DNA of 64,000 nucleotides from Porphyridium purpureum (lineage: Eukaryota). The DNA lies in the NCBI GenBank assembly GCA_008690995.1, contig VRMN01000012.1, positions 248,001-312,000 of the forward strand. Reading direction: 5' to 3'. Shown here piece after piece: positions 1-10,759 of this stretch. A model generated the notes under the pieces. The model was not told where the DNA came from and made no database searches. It was given only the letters and a program-made list of their open reading frames with translations. Made by a program: the position numbers and the translations under genes. The stretch's first letter is position 1. Every line of letters starts with the position of its first letter.

Positions 1-1539
1 GCAGTGGGTTTGCCTTTTGCGGCTGAACGTGATTGCTAACAACGCTGATAGCTGATAGTACAGAACGGTCTTCACATTCAGATTCCTGGCAATCTCGTAA
101 TATAGAGACACTGATATTTGTGGGAGATCAAACAGCCCCGGACCTGCGGTGAATACCGCGTCTTGCTGAACCAACAACCAAATTCCATTTTGCCAGAAAT
201 ATTCCTTTTCGATACCACTCCAGCACCAATTCTTGCAACGCAACCTAGACAAACAGGCTTGAAGATTGTAGTTCTGGTCAAGGCTGGCAAGATGAGCCCC
301 TCGCGGCTGCACCAGTTGCTTGAATAGCGCCGCGGCGCCGACCGGGACCACCCTACTTGTCGCGTAGTGATGAGGCAGTGACGCTCGTGTTCCGGTGACC
401 AGTTGCGCATTTCTACATCTTGTTAAGCTGTGCGAACAACAACCGCACGCGACCGCTGCTTGCGTGACGGAAAGTTTCTGCTCAGCATTTGGGAGTCGGG
501 ATAACTGATGATGCGCAAGAAAAATCAACACGTCATTGGTATTGAATATCGAGGCTATTTCACGCGACTTGCACAAAGTTTCTTGACACCTGCTAGCTTT
601 GCAACCTCCTCACCAGTGCTTCCTTGCTCGTGACGCGAAATTGACCAATGCGTGGCAGGATGTTTATACCCTTCGCGCTCTCGCGAGTCTGCCAGAAGCA
701 AACGAGCCCCGAGAAGGGGAACTCGTGCGGAGCACTCGAATGCTCGTAGCGTTTTCCTAAGAGGCAGCATGAGTACGTAGCATTCTTGCCAAAACTAAAC
801 CATTTCATGATGGGCAGCGGTATGTATGAAACAATATTTTGCAGATGCATGCTGCAATTCTTTCCGAAAAGCAAACCTCCTCCCAGAAACTTCACAAAGA
901 TATTCGTGCGTTCAGAGGAGATGGATACGGTCTGAGGCGCAGTTGCTCTCCTACACCAGTTTCTTGGCCATCACCTACTTTGGGAAAATTCAGATGGTAT
1001 TGATCCAGACGGAGATAACTTTCGATCTAGAACTGGTTGATCTTGATACGTTGTGCGTAAACTTGCAGAAAGCTAGAGAAAGGATTTCGTTGGCCGCTTG
1101 GGAGCCTCCGGCTTTGCGCAATGTGACGCGAAAAGGACGCAACTGAATTGCAAGGGAGCCAAGCGATTGCCGTGATACCCAGTCGTGGATAGCGCGCCGT
1201 CACGCCAGACGTGAGAAAGCGCCGGCTTCTTACTTGGCAACCAAGCCTCAGTACAAGTAAAGGATTATGCATGGATACGTATGAATTATGGAAAGGAAAC
1301 ACGGCGGCGAATGTAGCCGAGTCGGCTCCTACGGGGTTAAGAAAACTTGGGAAACAAGTCAAAGCAGGATCGATAAAACTCTGGGGAGGGAGCCTGCTCG
1401 TCCCAGCACACGCACGTTCGCGCACAGCTTTCCTAAACGGTTCAATGGCTCATAACCGATAAAAAGTGTGGAACCGCGCGGAGCGCACCCCGATGGCGGG
1501 AGAGGAAGAGTAAGAGAGCGAAGCACGGAGAGAGGAGCA

Positions 1540-2988
1540 ATGGGGCCGAATCGAAGCGCTGGAGCTCTGTTATCGAGTATACGTCGGCGCTACGTTGGCT
1601 TACAGGACGTGGGCTTGCGATCGGCGGTGCTGGGGGTGACGGAACGGAGGAAAAGCGCGTCGATGGCAGTGGATGCGTGTGTGTTGGAACCATGGTTTGG
1701 GCTCGGGATCGTCAGGTCTGTGTTGTCGGCGGCTGCAGCGGCTGCAGTGGCCACGGTGGTGGTGCGGACGCAGCAGGTGGCGCACGCAGATGATCAGAAT
1801 AGTGGCATTCGCCCGATGCGGCGCAGCACGAGCGTGTATGCGTGTGGACTGAATTTATCCGGGCAGCTCGGTAATGGAAGTGATCGCGTAGCCGCGAGTC
1901 CTGTGCCACTGACAGATTTGTCCAGTGATATGATTGTCAAGGTCGCCGCAGGTAATCATTCGAGCGCGGCTGTTTCGGGCGACGGGCGCCTCTTCACTTG
2001 GGGAAATGGATCGTACGGGATTTTGGGCCACGGCGACGAAGCCAATCTATCTTTACCCCGCCAGATTGAGAGCTTGGGAGGCTCTGGTGCGACAGAAGCT
2101 CCTGCTCGCTCGTCATCGGCGGTCACGGATGTGGCCGTGGGCGGATTCCACATGCTGTGTACGACAGCATCTGGCCAGCTGTTTTCGTGGGGCCAAGGCC
2201 AGGCCCACGCGCGCAAGGGCGACGCGTCCATCCCGATGCCGGTCACGGACGTCCCGCGGCCGGTGGTATCGATCTCAACCGGTCGTAAGCATTCTGCTGT
2301 GGTCACAGATGACGGCGCGGTGTATACGTGGGGCTCTGGGCACTCGGGAGCGCTTGGACATGGCTCCAAGGTTGACGAAGCGGCGCCCAAGCGTGTGTCT
2401 GCGCTGGAAGGCATTCGCGCTGTTCAAGTGGCTTGCGGGCGTGACTTCACCTTGATTTTGACTGACACGGGCGATGTGTACAGCTGTGGTGCGGATGATT
2501 TCGGCCAGCTCGGAAACGGCCGATCACACGGCGAGCGCTTTGTGAGACTGCCCAAGAAAGTTTTGCTCGGCCACGCAAATCACGTGATTCGGATTGCCGC
2601 GGGCGATTATCACGCGGTCGCAACGGACTCGCAAGGCGCGCTCTTCAGCTGGGGGTATAATCGCGATGGCCAGCTCGGCAATGGCGAGAAGACCGACACG
2701 GCAATCCCCAAGCCGGTCGTGCTGCCCTCGCCTGGCGCCAGTTCGCACCCCAAGCCCAAGATTGACGCTCTTTCCTGCGGAGGCGGGCACACCGCGGTCG
2801 TGGTCAATGGCGATCTCCTTGTCTTTGGACGCGGTCGCGATGGGCAATTAGGCCGAGGCACCGAGCTCGAAAGTAATGCCGCGTACAGAACGACGCCCGT
2901 GCGTGTCGAAAGTGTTCCGCGCGGGCAAGTTCGTGGCGTCGCAGCTGGTGCCGACCACACGCTGATTCTTGTAGCAGCAACAGACTGA
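1540..2988 (+). CDS. RCC1/BLIP-II repeat beta-propeller protein with an N-terminal extension (possible organellar presequence)
   Basis: About seven RCC1 repeats (VYACGLNLSGQLG, LFTWGNGSYGILGHG, VYTWGSGHSGALGHG, VYSCGADDFGQLG, LFSWGYNRDGQLG, VAAGADHT). First in-frame ATG is at 1540. The N-terminus is Arg/Ala-rich. Confidence 0.9.
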   Translation: MGPNRSAGALLSSIRRRYVGLQDVGLRSAVLGVTERRKSASMAVDACVLEPWFGLGIVRSVLSAAAAAAVATVVVRTQQVAHADDQNSGIRPMRRSTSVYACGLNLSGQLGNGSDRVAASPVPLTDLSSDMIVKVAAGNHSSAAVSGDGRLFTWGNGSYGILGHGDEANLSLPRQIESLGGSGATEAPARSSSAVTDVAVGGFHMLCTTASGQLFSWGQGQAHARKGDASIPMPVTDVPRPVVSISTGRKHSAVVTDDGAVYTWGSGHSGALGHGSKVDEAAPKRVSALEGIRAVQVACGRDFTLILTDTGDVYSCGADDFGQLGNGRSHGERFVRLPKKVLLGHANHVIRIAAGDYHAVATDSQGALFSWGYNRDGQLGNGEKTDTAIPKPVVLPSPGASSHPKPKIDALSCGGGHTAVVVNGDLLVFGRGRDGQLGRGTELESNAAYRTTPVRVESVPRGQVRGVAAGADHTLILVAATD

Positions 2989-3113
2989 CTGCAGTTCAAC
3001 TAATCCGCGTCTGCTTGCGCCACCTTTTGAGGTGCTTTGGTTTTCTTCCGATCCGTCCCACAAAATGGTTGGCGACGGATGGTCAGCATCGCTCGCAGTG
3101 AACGTCAAACCCA

Positions 3114-4196
3114 TCACTCGTAGACGCCTCTCGATCGTAGAATAATGTGTCGACACATAGCAATGCCCATGTTCAGCGTGGTCAGGTCAATAAATGCATC
3201 GACGCGCTGTACCAAATTGCCGGTGGTGAGCTGGATAATGAACTTTCCCTCGCCAGCAGCCATGCACCTCATATCTTTGCCCATGAGCCCGAACGAATCA
3301 AAATCGACGATCCAGCTCTTCTCATCAAAGCGCTTGACGGGCCTTGGGTGGCGCTTGGCGCTCAGCGCGGACCAAACGGGGCTTGACTCGAGCGCAAACT
3401 CAGACGGGAGATTCTTGGCAATAAAGTCGACTGACGCTTCCCTGCCGACACTCTCCATGGCGTCCTGCAAATTGTACGTGACATTGTGCGCGTAAAGGCT
3501 GCTCAGCAGCGGGCCGTCGCGTGTACTGATGCCATGGATCACGTTCCTCACCACCGACTCGGCCGTTGGAAATCCGTTCATCGCATCAAACAGCGCGCGG
3601 CGGTCGTCGGCATCGACCAGGTAGCGGAACGACTGTATTGTGCCCTCGTGATTCAAGGATCCGACGCACGTCGCCGGCACCCACGCGTTCTGCCCCGACG
3701 ACGAGAACCACAACGAGAGTGTGGATGCCTCGAAGTGCATTCCGGAAACGGAAAGCTGCTTGATGCGGGTCAGCACGCGTGTGATGCGCGCGTCTGATGC
3801 GACAAGCTGGCCGTGAACATACTCTTTAAACCCCTGAATCGCCGCCAGCCCGACTCCGTCCAATCCAAAAATTTTGACAACAGCGTCTGCGGCCAGCGGG
3901 AGCTGCTCCAACAACCTGTGACCACCTTGCCGATCAGCCTGCAGGCGCTCCTCTCCATCGTGAGAGTGCACCACGTACTCACTGAACACACGTTCCATTG
4001 TGTCCAACATGCTCATCACCTCATCATGCGACGGCGGCCCCCCTCCGCCCGCCCTCCCGCCTCTGCCTCCCTCCGCAACCCTCGGATCCACAGCCCTCGC
4101 CCATCCCAACCTCGTGCACAACCCCACCACTATCACAATCACCCCCACCAACCCCACCACACACACACTCCCCCGTCTCCTCCTCAATCCATCCAT
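3114..4196 (-). CDS. Secretory-pathway protein with a signal anchor and two SnoaL/NTF2-like domains (paralog of 6270-7403)
   Basis: RRRR is followed by the hydrophobic VCVVGLVGVIVIVVGL. SnoaL-like pattern LSSLYAHNVTY...VGREASVDFI. Shares blocks with the paralog (RVLTRIK/RVFTRIK, HFEASTLSLW/HFEATHLALW, WSALSAKRHP/WSSATSERHP). First ATG is at 4196. Confidence 0.7.
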   Translation of the reverse strand: MDGLRRRRGSVCVVGLVGVIVIVVGLCTRLGWARAVDPRVAEGGRGGRAGGGGPPSHDEVMSMLDTMERVFSEYVVHSHDGEERLQADRQGGHRLLEQLPLAADAVVKIFGLDGVGLAAIQGFKEYVHGQLVASDARITRVLTRIKQLSVSGMHFEASTLSLWFSSSGQNAWVPATCVGSLNHEGTIQSFRYLVDADDRRALFDAMNGFPTAESVVRNVIHGISTRDGPLLSSLYAHNVTYNLQDAMESVGREASVDFIAKNLPSEFALESSPVWSALSAKRHPRPVKRFDEKSWIVDFDSFGLMGKDMRCMAAGEGKFIIQLTTGNLVQRVDAFIDLTTLNMGIAMCRHIILRSRGVYE

Positions 4197-4299
4197 CCAT
4201 CCATCCGTCGACGCAAACCACAACCCTGCCCTCAGATCCTCCACTTTACCACATCCCACTCACCAATACCCCTTTCTACTCTACGCCTTGTTCCCTGTT

Positions 4300-4620
4300 C
4301 CCTCTCTCCTCTCTTCCTCCTTCTCTCTTTCTTCTCTCTCTCTTCTCTCTCTTCTCTCTCTCTTCTCTCTCTCTTCTCTCTCTCTTCTCTCTCTCTTCTC
4401 TCTCTCTTGTCTCTCCTCGCTAGTCTCTCTCGCGACTTCCGTCTCTCTTCTTTCTCTCCTCTCTCCTCTCTCTTTCTCTCCTCTCTCTCTCTCTCCTCTC
4501 GCTCTCTCCTCTCTCTCTCTCCCCTCTCTCTCTCCTCTCTCTCTCTCCTCTCTCTCTCTCCTCTTCTCCCTTCTCCCTCTTCTCCCCTCGCCCTCTTCTC
4601 CCCCGTCCCTCCTCCCCCAT
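4300..4620. repeat. Imperfect (CT)n / polypyrimidine microsatellite
   Basis: About 320 bp of almost pure C/T, directly visible. Confidence 0.95.
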
Positions 4621-5561
4621 TCCCCGTTCCGTGCACATCCCGCTCACCCACCATCAGTTCCCCGCGCCCGTTTACCAAACCCGGCCGCAGCACATTCACC
4701 CTCGTTCCACACACAGTCACACAGTTTACAGTCCGTTTACACCAGTTTACAGTTTATTTATACCTGTTTACAGTCTTTTTACAGTCGCGCCCCCTTGCGT
4801 GTTCGCGCTGTACTTCCCACGGCGTTGGTTATTCTTGTCTATGGCGTACACGCGCATGAACTTGATCTGTTGTTTAGATGAGGTCTGCCATGGAACAGAG
4901 TGGCAGTTGGCCATCATACCTCGACGACGACACTTGCCGCTCTTCATGTACACAGAGGTAATATAATGCATTCAGATGTTCGCGTCAAAGTATGTGTGTA
5001 TGGTGAGAAGAAGCAGCATGCGAAGGCGCGCACTGCGGTATACTGTCGTCGTCGTCGTCGTCCTCCTCCTCTTCTCCTTCTTCTTCTCTCCCTGGTCATG
5101 TTTGACCGCGTGAGTGTTTCACCGGTGGATGGAATCTCTACGCGGCGTTGTACACCGGCAGCAGGTCAAGCATGTGCAGAACGGTGACGTCTTTGCGCAC
5201 TGCAACACGCGCGTGCCCGGCATCAAGGCGCGCGTGGGGTTGGCAAGGAAAGGCGGCTTGAGAAAGTTGACAGCGACATTGCGTTCGCTGACCCGCCCAC
5301 CCAGCTGCGAAGATGCGGCGTTCTGTCCGCGGGCAACCGGTGGTTTACGCGAGACAGGCGCGCGAATAAGCTAGCTGGGTCACCCTGGCAATGAATTCGT
5401 CGACCGGTTTCTTGGCCGTGCGACTTGGCGGAGAAGCGATACCGAGACATATTTGTTTTTGGCGGATTTGACTCTTCACGATACTTGTCAACTCGATGAA
5501 TTAGTTAACGTTGCTGCTGTGTCGGTAGCATACGTGGTGCGTGTATGTCTGTGTGTAAACG

Positions 5562-5595
5562 TATGTGTGTGTGTGTGTGTGTGTATGTGTGTGTG
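5562..5595. repeat. (TG)n microsatellite
   Basis: tatgtgtgtg...gtgtg run. Confidence 0.85.
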
Positions 5596-6269
5596 ACGCG
5601 AGCAGGCGTGGCTGGATGATGTGAAATTCGGGTTCCAGCAGAAGGAATATCCATCCAGGTGGACGGAAAAGGTGTGATGGTGTCAGTAGGGGCATTGCTG
5701 GATGAGATGGAGATAGATGAGACGGCGACATGCTGCAAGCTGACACCAGCGTGTTGAGTGGCGGTCGTACCTGAATGAGAGCACCGCAACGTTGTGTCTC
5801 GACGCATTGTAGCGACGTGCGCAACAAGTTCCTCGTTCGATGTATCCACGAGCGAAAGAGAGAGAAAAAGGTGACAGAGGCGGATGTGATGGCGGCGAGC
5901 GACCAGGGTGCGTGTGCGGAATACGAGCAGGTCTGCGGGAGCGGAGCACGGAAGGGACCCCGCGGGGGTGTGGTTCGTGCGCACGGAAGGACGAAAGTCG
6001 CGCGGGGGAGGATCTGTGCGGAGGGTGGTCAAAAGGTGGATGATCGGCTTGAGGACACGGAGCTGAGCGAGTGAAAGAGCGGTGAATGGTCGCTGTGCGT
6101 GCCGAACGCGTTGGGCATTAGGTGGCGAGAGAGAGAGAGAGAGAGGGAGAGAGAGCGGTGCGTCGGAGCGCGCGCGGCGCTGCTGATTTGGCGACGCCGG
6201 GGTTTAGACAGCGCACGAAAGCGAGGAGAGAACGGTTCGCGGGGAAACACGTCGCGGTGGTTCGGGAGA

Positions 6270-7403
6270 ATGACGGGCACGATCGGGGAGGAAGTGGGGA
6301 CAAGCAGACGAAGATGGGGAGCGCACAAGGCGGTGGGCTTGAGTGGGCGGGGTTGGAGCTTGTTTATGGCGGTGGTGATGTGTGTGATTGCGGTAAAAGT
6401 GGTGGTGGTGGCGGCGGCGGCAGGGACCGATGGGGATGAGATGGATGTGGAGTTTGACATCGGACTCACGCCAGGGAAGAACGCGGTACATTATCCGTCG
6501 TACGATAAGGTGGTGCACTCGGTGTCGACGATGGATAAGTTGTGGACAGACTACTTGGTGGACGGCGTGGATGACTTCTCCTCGGTGCTGGCGCCGGGCG
6601 CGCGGCTAAACTTGTTTGGCGTGGAAGGCATCGGTCGCGAGGCGGCCGACGCGTATGTCGCGTCGGTGCGCGCACAGCTGGTCGAGCCCGGCGCGCGTGT
6701 GCAGCGCGTATTCACGCGCATCAAGGATATGCGCGTTTCGCTGGGCCATTTCGAGGCCACGCACCTCGCGTTGTGGCGCTCCAAGGCAGGTGGTTTCGAG
6801 TGGGTCGCGTCCAGCCTACTCGGCAGGGCACGCCTCGACGGCAAGATCGAGGAGTACAGCATTGTCACTGACATACACAACATCCGGGAGCTCTTTGAGA
6901 CCATGAATGGGTACATGGCCGGCGACGAGGTCGCCAAGCGGCTGATGCTCGCACTTCAGGCTCGCGATCCAGCGATGGCCGAGCCGCTCCTCACGGACAA
7001 TGTGAGCATGGTCGTCCCGGGTTTCCCTGACTTCTCAGGCAAGGACGCCGTGCTCGCGTACATCGCCGGCGTGGACGGCGAGCTCATGGTTGAGGCTACG
7101 CACGTGTGGTCGAGCGCCACGTCAGAACGCCACCCCATTGCGCCGCGCCGAATAGGTCCACACAAGTGGTCCATCATTTGGGATTCGTTCCATTTGCTCA
7201 AGGGGGGGTGCTACACGTACACTGGCGGTTTGCTTGTCGTCGACCTCGACGCGCGCAACAAGGTCACCTTCGTGAACAACTACATCGACTTTGAAGTGCT
7301 GGCCATGCGTACCGCCAAGTGTCAGTTTCTCTTGCAGCAAAAGAATGATGACAATGCTGCTGGTGCTGCCGGCGGCGGCGACCTTGAGCATGCGGAATTA
7401 TGA
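6270..7403 (+). CDS. Secretory-pathway double SnoaL/NTF2-like protein with a C-terminal HAEL (KDEL/HDEL-like)
   Basis: Hydrophobic segment LFMAVVMCVIAVKVVVVAAAA. SnoaL-like motifs FSSVLAPGARL...GREAADAY and AEPLLTDNV...FSGKDAVLAYI. Ends in HAEL*. The start could be ATG 6270 or 6365. Confidence 0.72.
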   Translation: MTGTIGEEVGTSRRRWGAHKAVGLSGRGWSLFMAVVMCVIAVKVVVVAAAAGTDGDEMDVEFDIGLTPGKNAVHYPSYDKVVHSVSTMDKLWTDYLVDGVDDFSSVLAPGARLNLFGVEGIGREAADAYVASVRAQLVEPGARVQRVFTRIKDMRVSLGHFEATHLALWRSKAGGFEWVASSLLGRARLDGKIEEYSIVTDIHNIRELFETMNGYMAGDEVAKRLMLALQARDPAMAEPLLTDNVSMVVPGFPDFSGKDAVLAYIAGVDGELMVEATHVWSSATSERHPIAPRRIGPHKWSIIWDSFHLLKGGCYTYTGGLLVVDLDARNKVTFVNNYIDFEVLAMRTAKCQFLLQQKNDDNAAGAAGGGDLEHAEL

Positions 7404-7467
7404 CGAATCCATTCGCGCCACGCTTTGTGCAACGAAGAATCAAACGTTTTAGAGTCTCCACTCAAAC

Positions 7468-9222
7468 TCATTCGATGCACACAGCGCCGTCAGACCGGCC
7501 ATCAGATCCGCCCTGAAGCACGCCGTTGCGAACAGCAATACACTGCGCGCGTCCAAACACATACCTGCGTACGCCGTCCACTTTGCTGTCCAGGCGGGCG
7601 TACCGCGCACTCAGTGTTCGCGCGGCATGCGGGTCCATGCCGGCCTCCAAATGGATCATATCCAGGTCGCTCGGATTGAACACGTCACCAAGACAGAATC
7701 GCGGGTAATCGACGGCGCTCTGTGCGTCCATCGCGTAATCAACCAGGTTCACTACAAGTTGTGTGTGACCCTGGGCCTGTATGAAGCCACCCATGTTACC
7801 AAACGCCGCGAGAAGCTCGCGCTTGCCGCTGCTCGGCGACACTGTGGTAAGGATGCCTGGAATGATCGTATGGAATGGCCGCTTGCCTCCGGCCAGCGCA
7901 TTCACGTGCGTGGCGTCCAGTTTGAACCCCAGACTGCGGTTTTGCAGTGCAAAGCCCGCATTACGCGGCACAATCGCGCTCCCAAATTCGTGAAAGACCG
8001 AGTTAACCCCGCTGACGGCGTTTCCAAATCGGTCAACGACACAAAATTGAACCGTATCCGATGGCGGTGGTATATCTGCAGTGTGGGGCCTCGACTGATC
8101 ATCCACTGCTGCACGTGCTAATCGTTCCTTAATCTCAGAGGCGCGCCTTTGTGCGAACGATGTGGACAAAAGTTCTGCTTGCGACCCGCGCGTCGAACCA
8201 TCACTCACCGGGGCATTTTGATCATCGCCAACGTGCGCATACGTGTCGACCAAAGCACTGCGCACACACTCGATCATACTTTCAAGCACAACTGGATGCA
8301 TTCTTCCAAGCTCTCGCATCTCACTGCCGGACAACACATGCTGCAGAGCGTCTAGAGCCATTAGCACAGCCACACCTTGCGTCGGAGGAAGCACTTGATG
8401 TACCGTCACGCCCCGATACTCGGTTGCTACGGGGTCTCCGATCTCGGCCTCCTGCTCGTGCAGGTCTTGAAGCGTCATCCGGCTCCCAAACTTTTGCAGC
8501 TCGTCCACCACCGCGTGCGCGAGCGCTCCGCCATGGTAAAGCGCCGCCCCGCCTTGTTCGGCTAGCATCCGGTAGCTGCGTGCCAATGCGTGATTATATA
8601 TCACTTGTCCCGCATGCGGCGCAGGCAGAAACGACTCGCATCCTGAGGACTTGCGCGCGTCCAGACGACTGGAAGCCTTCTGCCAGAAATGCGCCGTGAT
8701 TGGGCCGACGCATACTCCGTTCTCGGCGAGTTCGATGGCCGGTGCGAGGACGTCCTCCATGGTCAGCTTTGCACTCCCAAATACTTGCTTGCCCAATTCC
8801 CATGCGGAAAAAGCGCCGGGTACCGTGACAGTGTGCACCGAGTCAGCATGCCATGACATGGGAGCCGACCGAATGCGCCGCACAAGCTCATCATCTATTC
8901 CGCGTGGTGACTTGCCATGTCCACATACGGTGCGCACCATTCCTGACGCCGCATCATAGTGCAGCATAAAACAGTCGCCTCCAATGCCCGTGGAGGCCGG
9001 CTCGGCCACACCCAATGCCGCCATCACGGCCACTGCAGCATCCATTGCGTTTCCTCCGCGTCGAAGAATCTCTGCTCCACACTGTGACGCCGCGTGCTGC
9101 GAGCTGGCCACCATGCCTCGGCCACGGTGGCCATTGTCAGCGGATGCTAGGGGCACCATCACGCAGCTCCGCCGCGAATTGTACCGAAACGCGTCGGCGT
9201 CGGCGTCGGCACGTGTCTGCAT
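7468..9222 (-). CDS. ggt: Gamma-glutamyltranspeptidase family (YwrD-like Ntn hydrolase)
   Basis: GGNAMDAAVA, EPASTGIGGDCF, VTVPG, nucleophile Thr in SDTVQFCVVDRFGNAVS, LQNR, GKRPFHTIIPG, MGG..Q.QGH, C-terminal GGSDGRSDG. Confidence 0.93.
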   Translation of the reverse strand: MQTRADADADAFRYNSRRSCVMVPLASADNGHRGRGMVASSQHAASQCGAEILRRGGNAMDAAVAVMAALGVAEPASTGIGGDCFMLHYDAASGMVRTVCGHGKSPRGIDDELVRRIRSAPMSWHADSVHTVTVPGAFSAWELGKQVFGSAKLTMEDVLAPAIELAENGVCVGPITAHFWQKASSRLDARKSSGCESFLPAPHAGQVIYNHALARSYRMLAEQGGAALYHGGALAHAVVDELQKFGSRMTLQDLHEQEAEIGDPVATEYRGVTVHQVLPPTQGVAVLMALDALQHVLSGSEMRELGRMHPVVLESMIECVRSALVDTYAHVGDDQNAPVSDGSTRGSQAELLSTSFAQRRASEIKERLARAAVDDQSRPHTADIPPPSDTVQFCVVDRFGNAVSGVNSVFHEFGSAIVPRNAGFALQNRSLGFKLDATHVNALAGGKRPFHTIIPGILTTVSPSSGKRELLAAFGNMGGFIQAQGHTQLVVNLVDYAMDAQSAVDYPRFCLGDVFNPSDLDMIHLEAGMDPHAARTLSARYARLDSKVDGVRRYVFGRAQCIAVRNGVLQGGSDGRSDGAVCIE

Positions 9223-9789
9223 CTCGTTCTTCCGCGTGTCCTTAGCCGGGACAACTCGGCCGCCATGTCGAGACAGAGAAGGACGTGGATAAGACTTTTA
9301 CGGCATATAGATAAGGCACCCTTTGCGACGTACAAGTGAGCGCCCGAGGGTTTTAGCGTACCGCTGCTTGCTCGTGCGCGCACGCGCGCACGTGCATATC
9401 TGAAACCTTGATCAACTTGACTGCACTATTCGAAGCTATGAATCTGTACAACGAGTGAGAAGGCCTCTACCTACAAGGAAAGTGAGCGGTCTGGTAACTT
9501 GCAAACAGACGAGCCCTTCCTCCCTCTGTCGGCAGCTGCTGTTGTTCTGGGGAGTCGAATGTGATTCTTCGACGCTGCTTCCTCGTGAAAGTCGATTTCG
9601 GGGTCTTTGCGAGAAGACAGTCGATGCACATCCCGATTTACACGATGGATTGGGCCTTCAACAAGAGGCGTCTCCTCGAGCCGGACCTGCCAGACAACTG
9701 AATATGCACGCACCCGAGCAGGAGCCAGAAAAGATCCGTGTAAACAGTTTAGAGCGGACTTGGTTCGCACAATGATGTGCTCTTGCCCA

Positions 9790-10759
9790 TCACGACGGTA
9801 TTGTCAGCCAAGGAACATGCGGGTGAGATGCGTGCGCGTGAGACGGGCTGAAAAGTAGAGCTAGCGTATGCTCGAATGGAGGTCCCACGGCTGCAAGCCG
9901 CATCAATGCAGTGGTTTCGAGCTCATTCTCTGCGTCGCGGTTCATGTCCGCGCCGTCTAAACCGAGAAGTTCGAAAACGGACAGGGCAACCTCGTTATAT
10001 GGGGGAACGCACGAATCAGTCACAAGGTCAAGCGGCGACTTTCCGGTATAGTCCAAAGAGTTCAGTGGTATGCCATGACGCACCAGTACGTGAACGGTAC
10101 GGAGTATCTTGCTGGGTCCACTCTCGCTCGAAGCATGTAAACGCGTGCTGCTGCAGGAAGCCGTTTTCGCTGTCCAATGCAGCGCGTTCCTCCCAACGGT
10201 GTCGGTCATCTTCACATCTGCACCAGCAAGCGAACAGTCTCGTCGCTTGCTGTCCAAGCTGCCCACCTCAGCGCATTCATTCTCTCGGCTGGGCAGTAGT
10301 CCAGTGCTGCCCCATTCGCCATCAAAATCTCTACAACCGCAACGTGTCCTTGTCTTGCGGCACACAGCAAAGGTGTGCCATAATCTCGATGTATAGCGTT
10401 AACATTGGCCCCATGTGCAAGCAGCTCTTGAACGCACGCTTCATATCCCTTTGTTGCCGCCCACAGGAGCGCCGTGCGCCCAGACCGGTCAGCCGCGTTA
10501 CAGTTTGCACCAGCCTGAAGTAGCAATCGCACACATGCGTCGTTTCCGTTGATGGCGGCAAGTCTCAGAGCCGTTTGCGACCGGTAATCCGCCGCGTCTA
10601 TGTCCACCCGCTGGCGAGAATCCCGGCAAGTCGCTCCGCCTACCCTTCCTGCGCCGCGCGGCGCGTCTCCTCCGCCCTCGCCCAGGGGCTCCTAATACGC
10701 AGACGCCTTGTGGCGCGCTCCAAGCCGGCATCCGCGGAACGTCCTTCCGTGCTTGCCAT
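9790..10759 (-). pseudogene. Ankyrin-repeat protein pseudogene
   Basis: From ATG 10759 the reading is ...AAQEG*AERLAGILASG with an in-frame TAG. A frameshift near 10608 leads into VDIDAADYRSQTALRLAA...GRTALLWAA...TPLLCAA. A second frameshift near 10225 leads into AGADVKMTDTVGRNALHW...GKSPLDL. Confidence 0.8.

Noticed and set aside
3813..4881. Long L/S-rich and R/E-rich ORFs
   Set aside because: Artefacts of translating the CT microsatellite.
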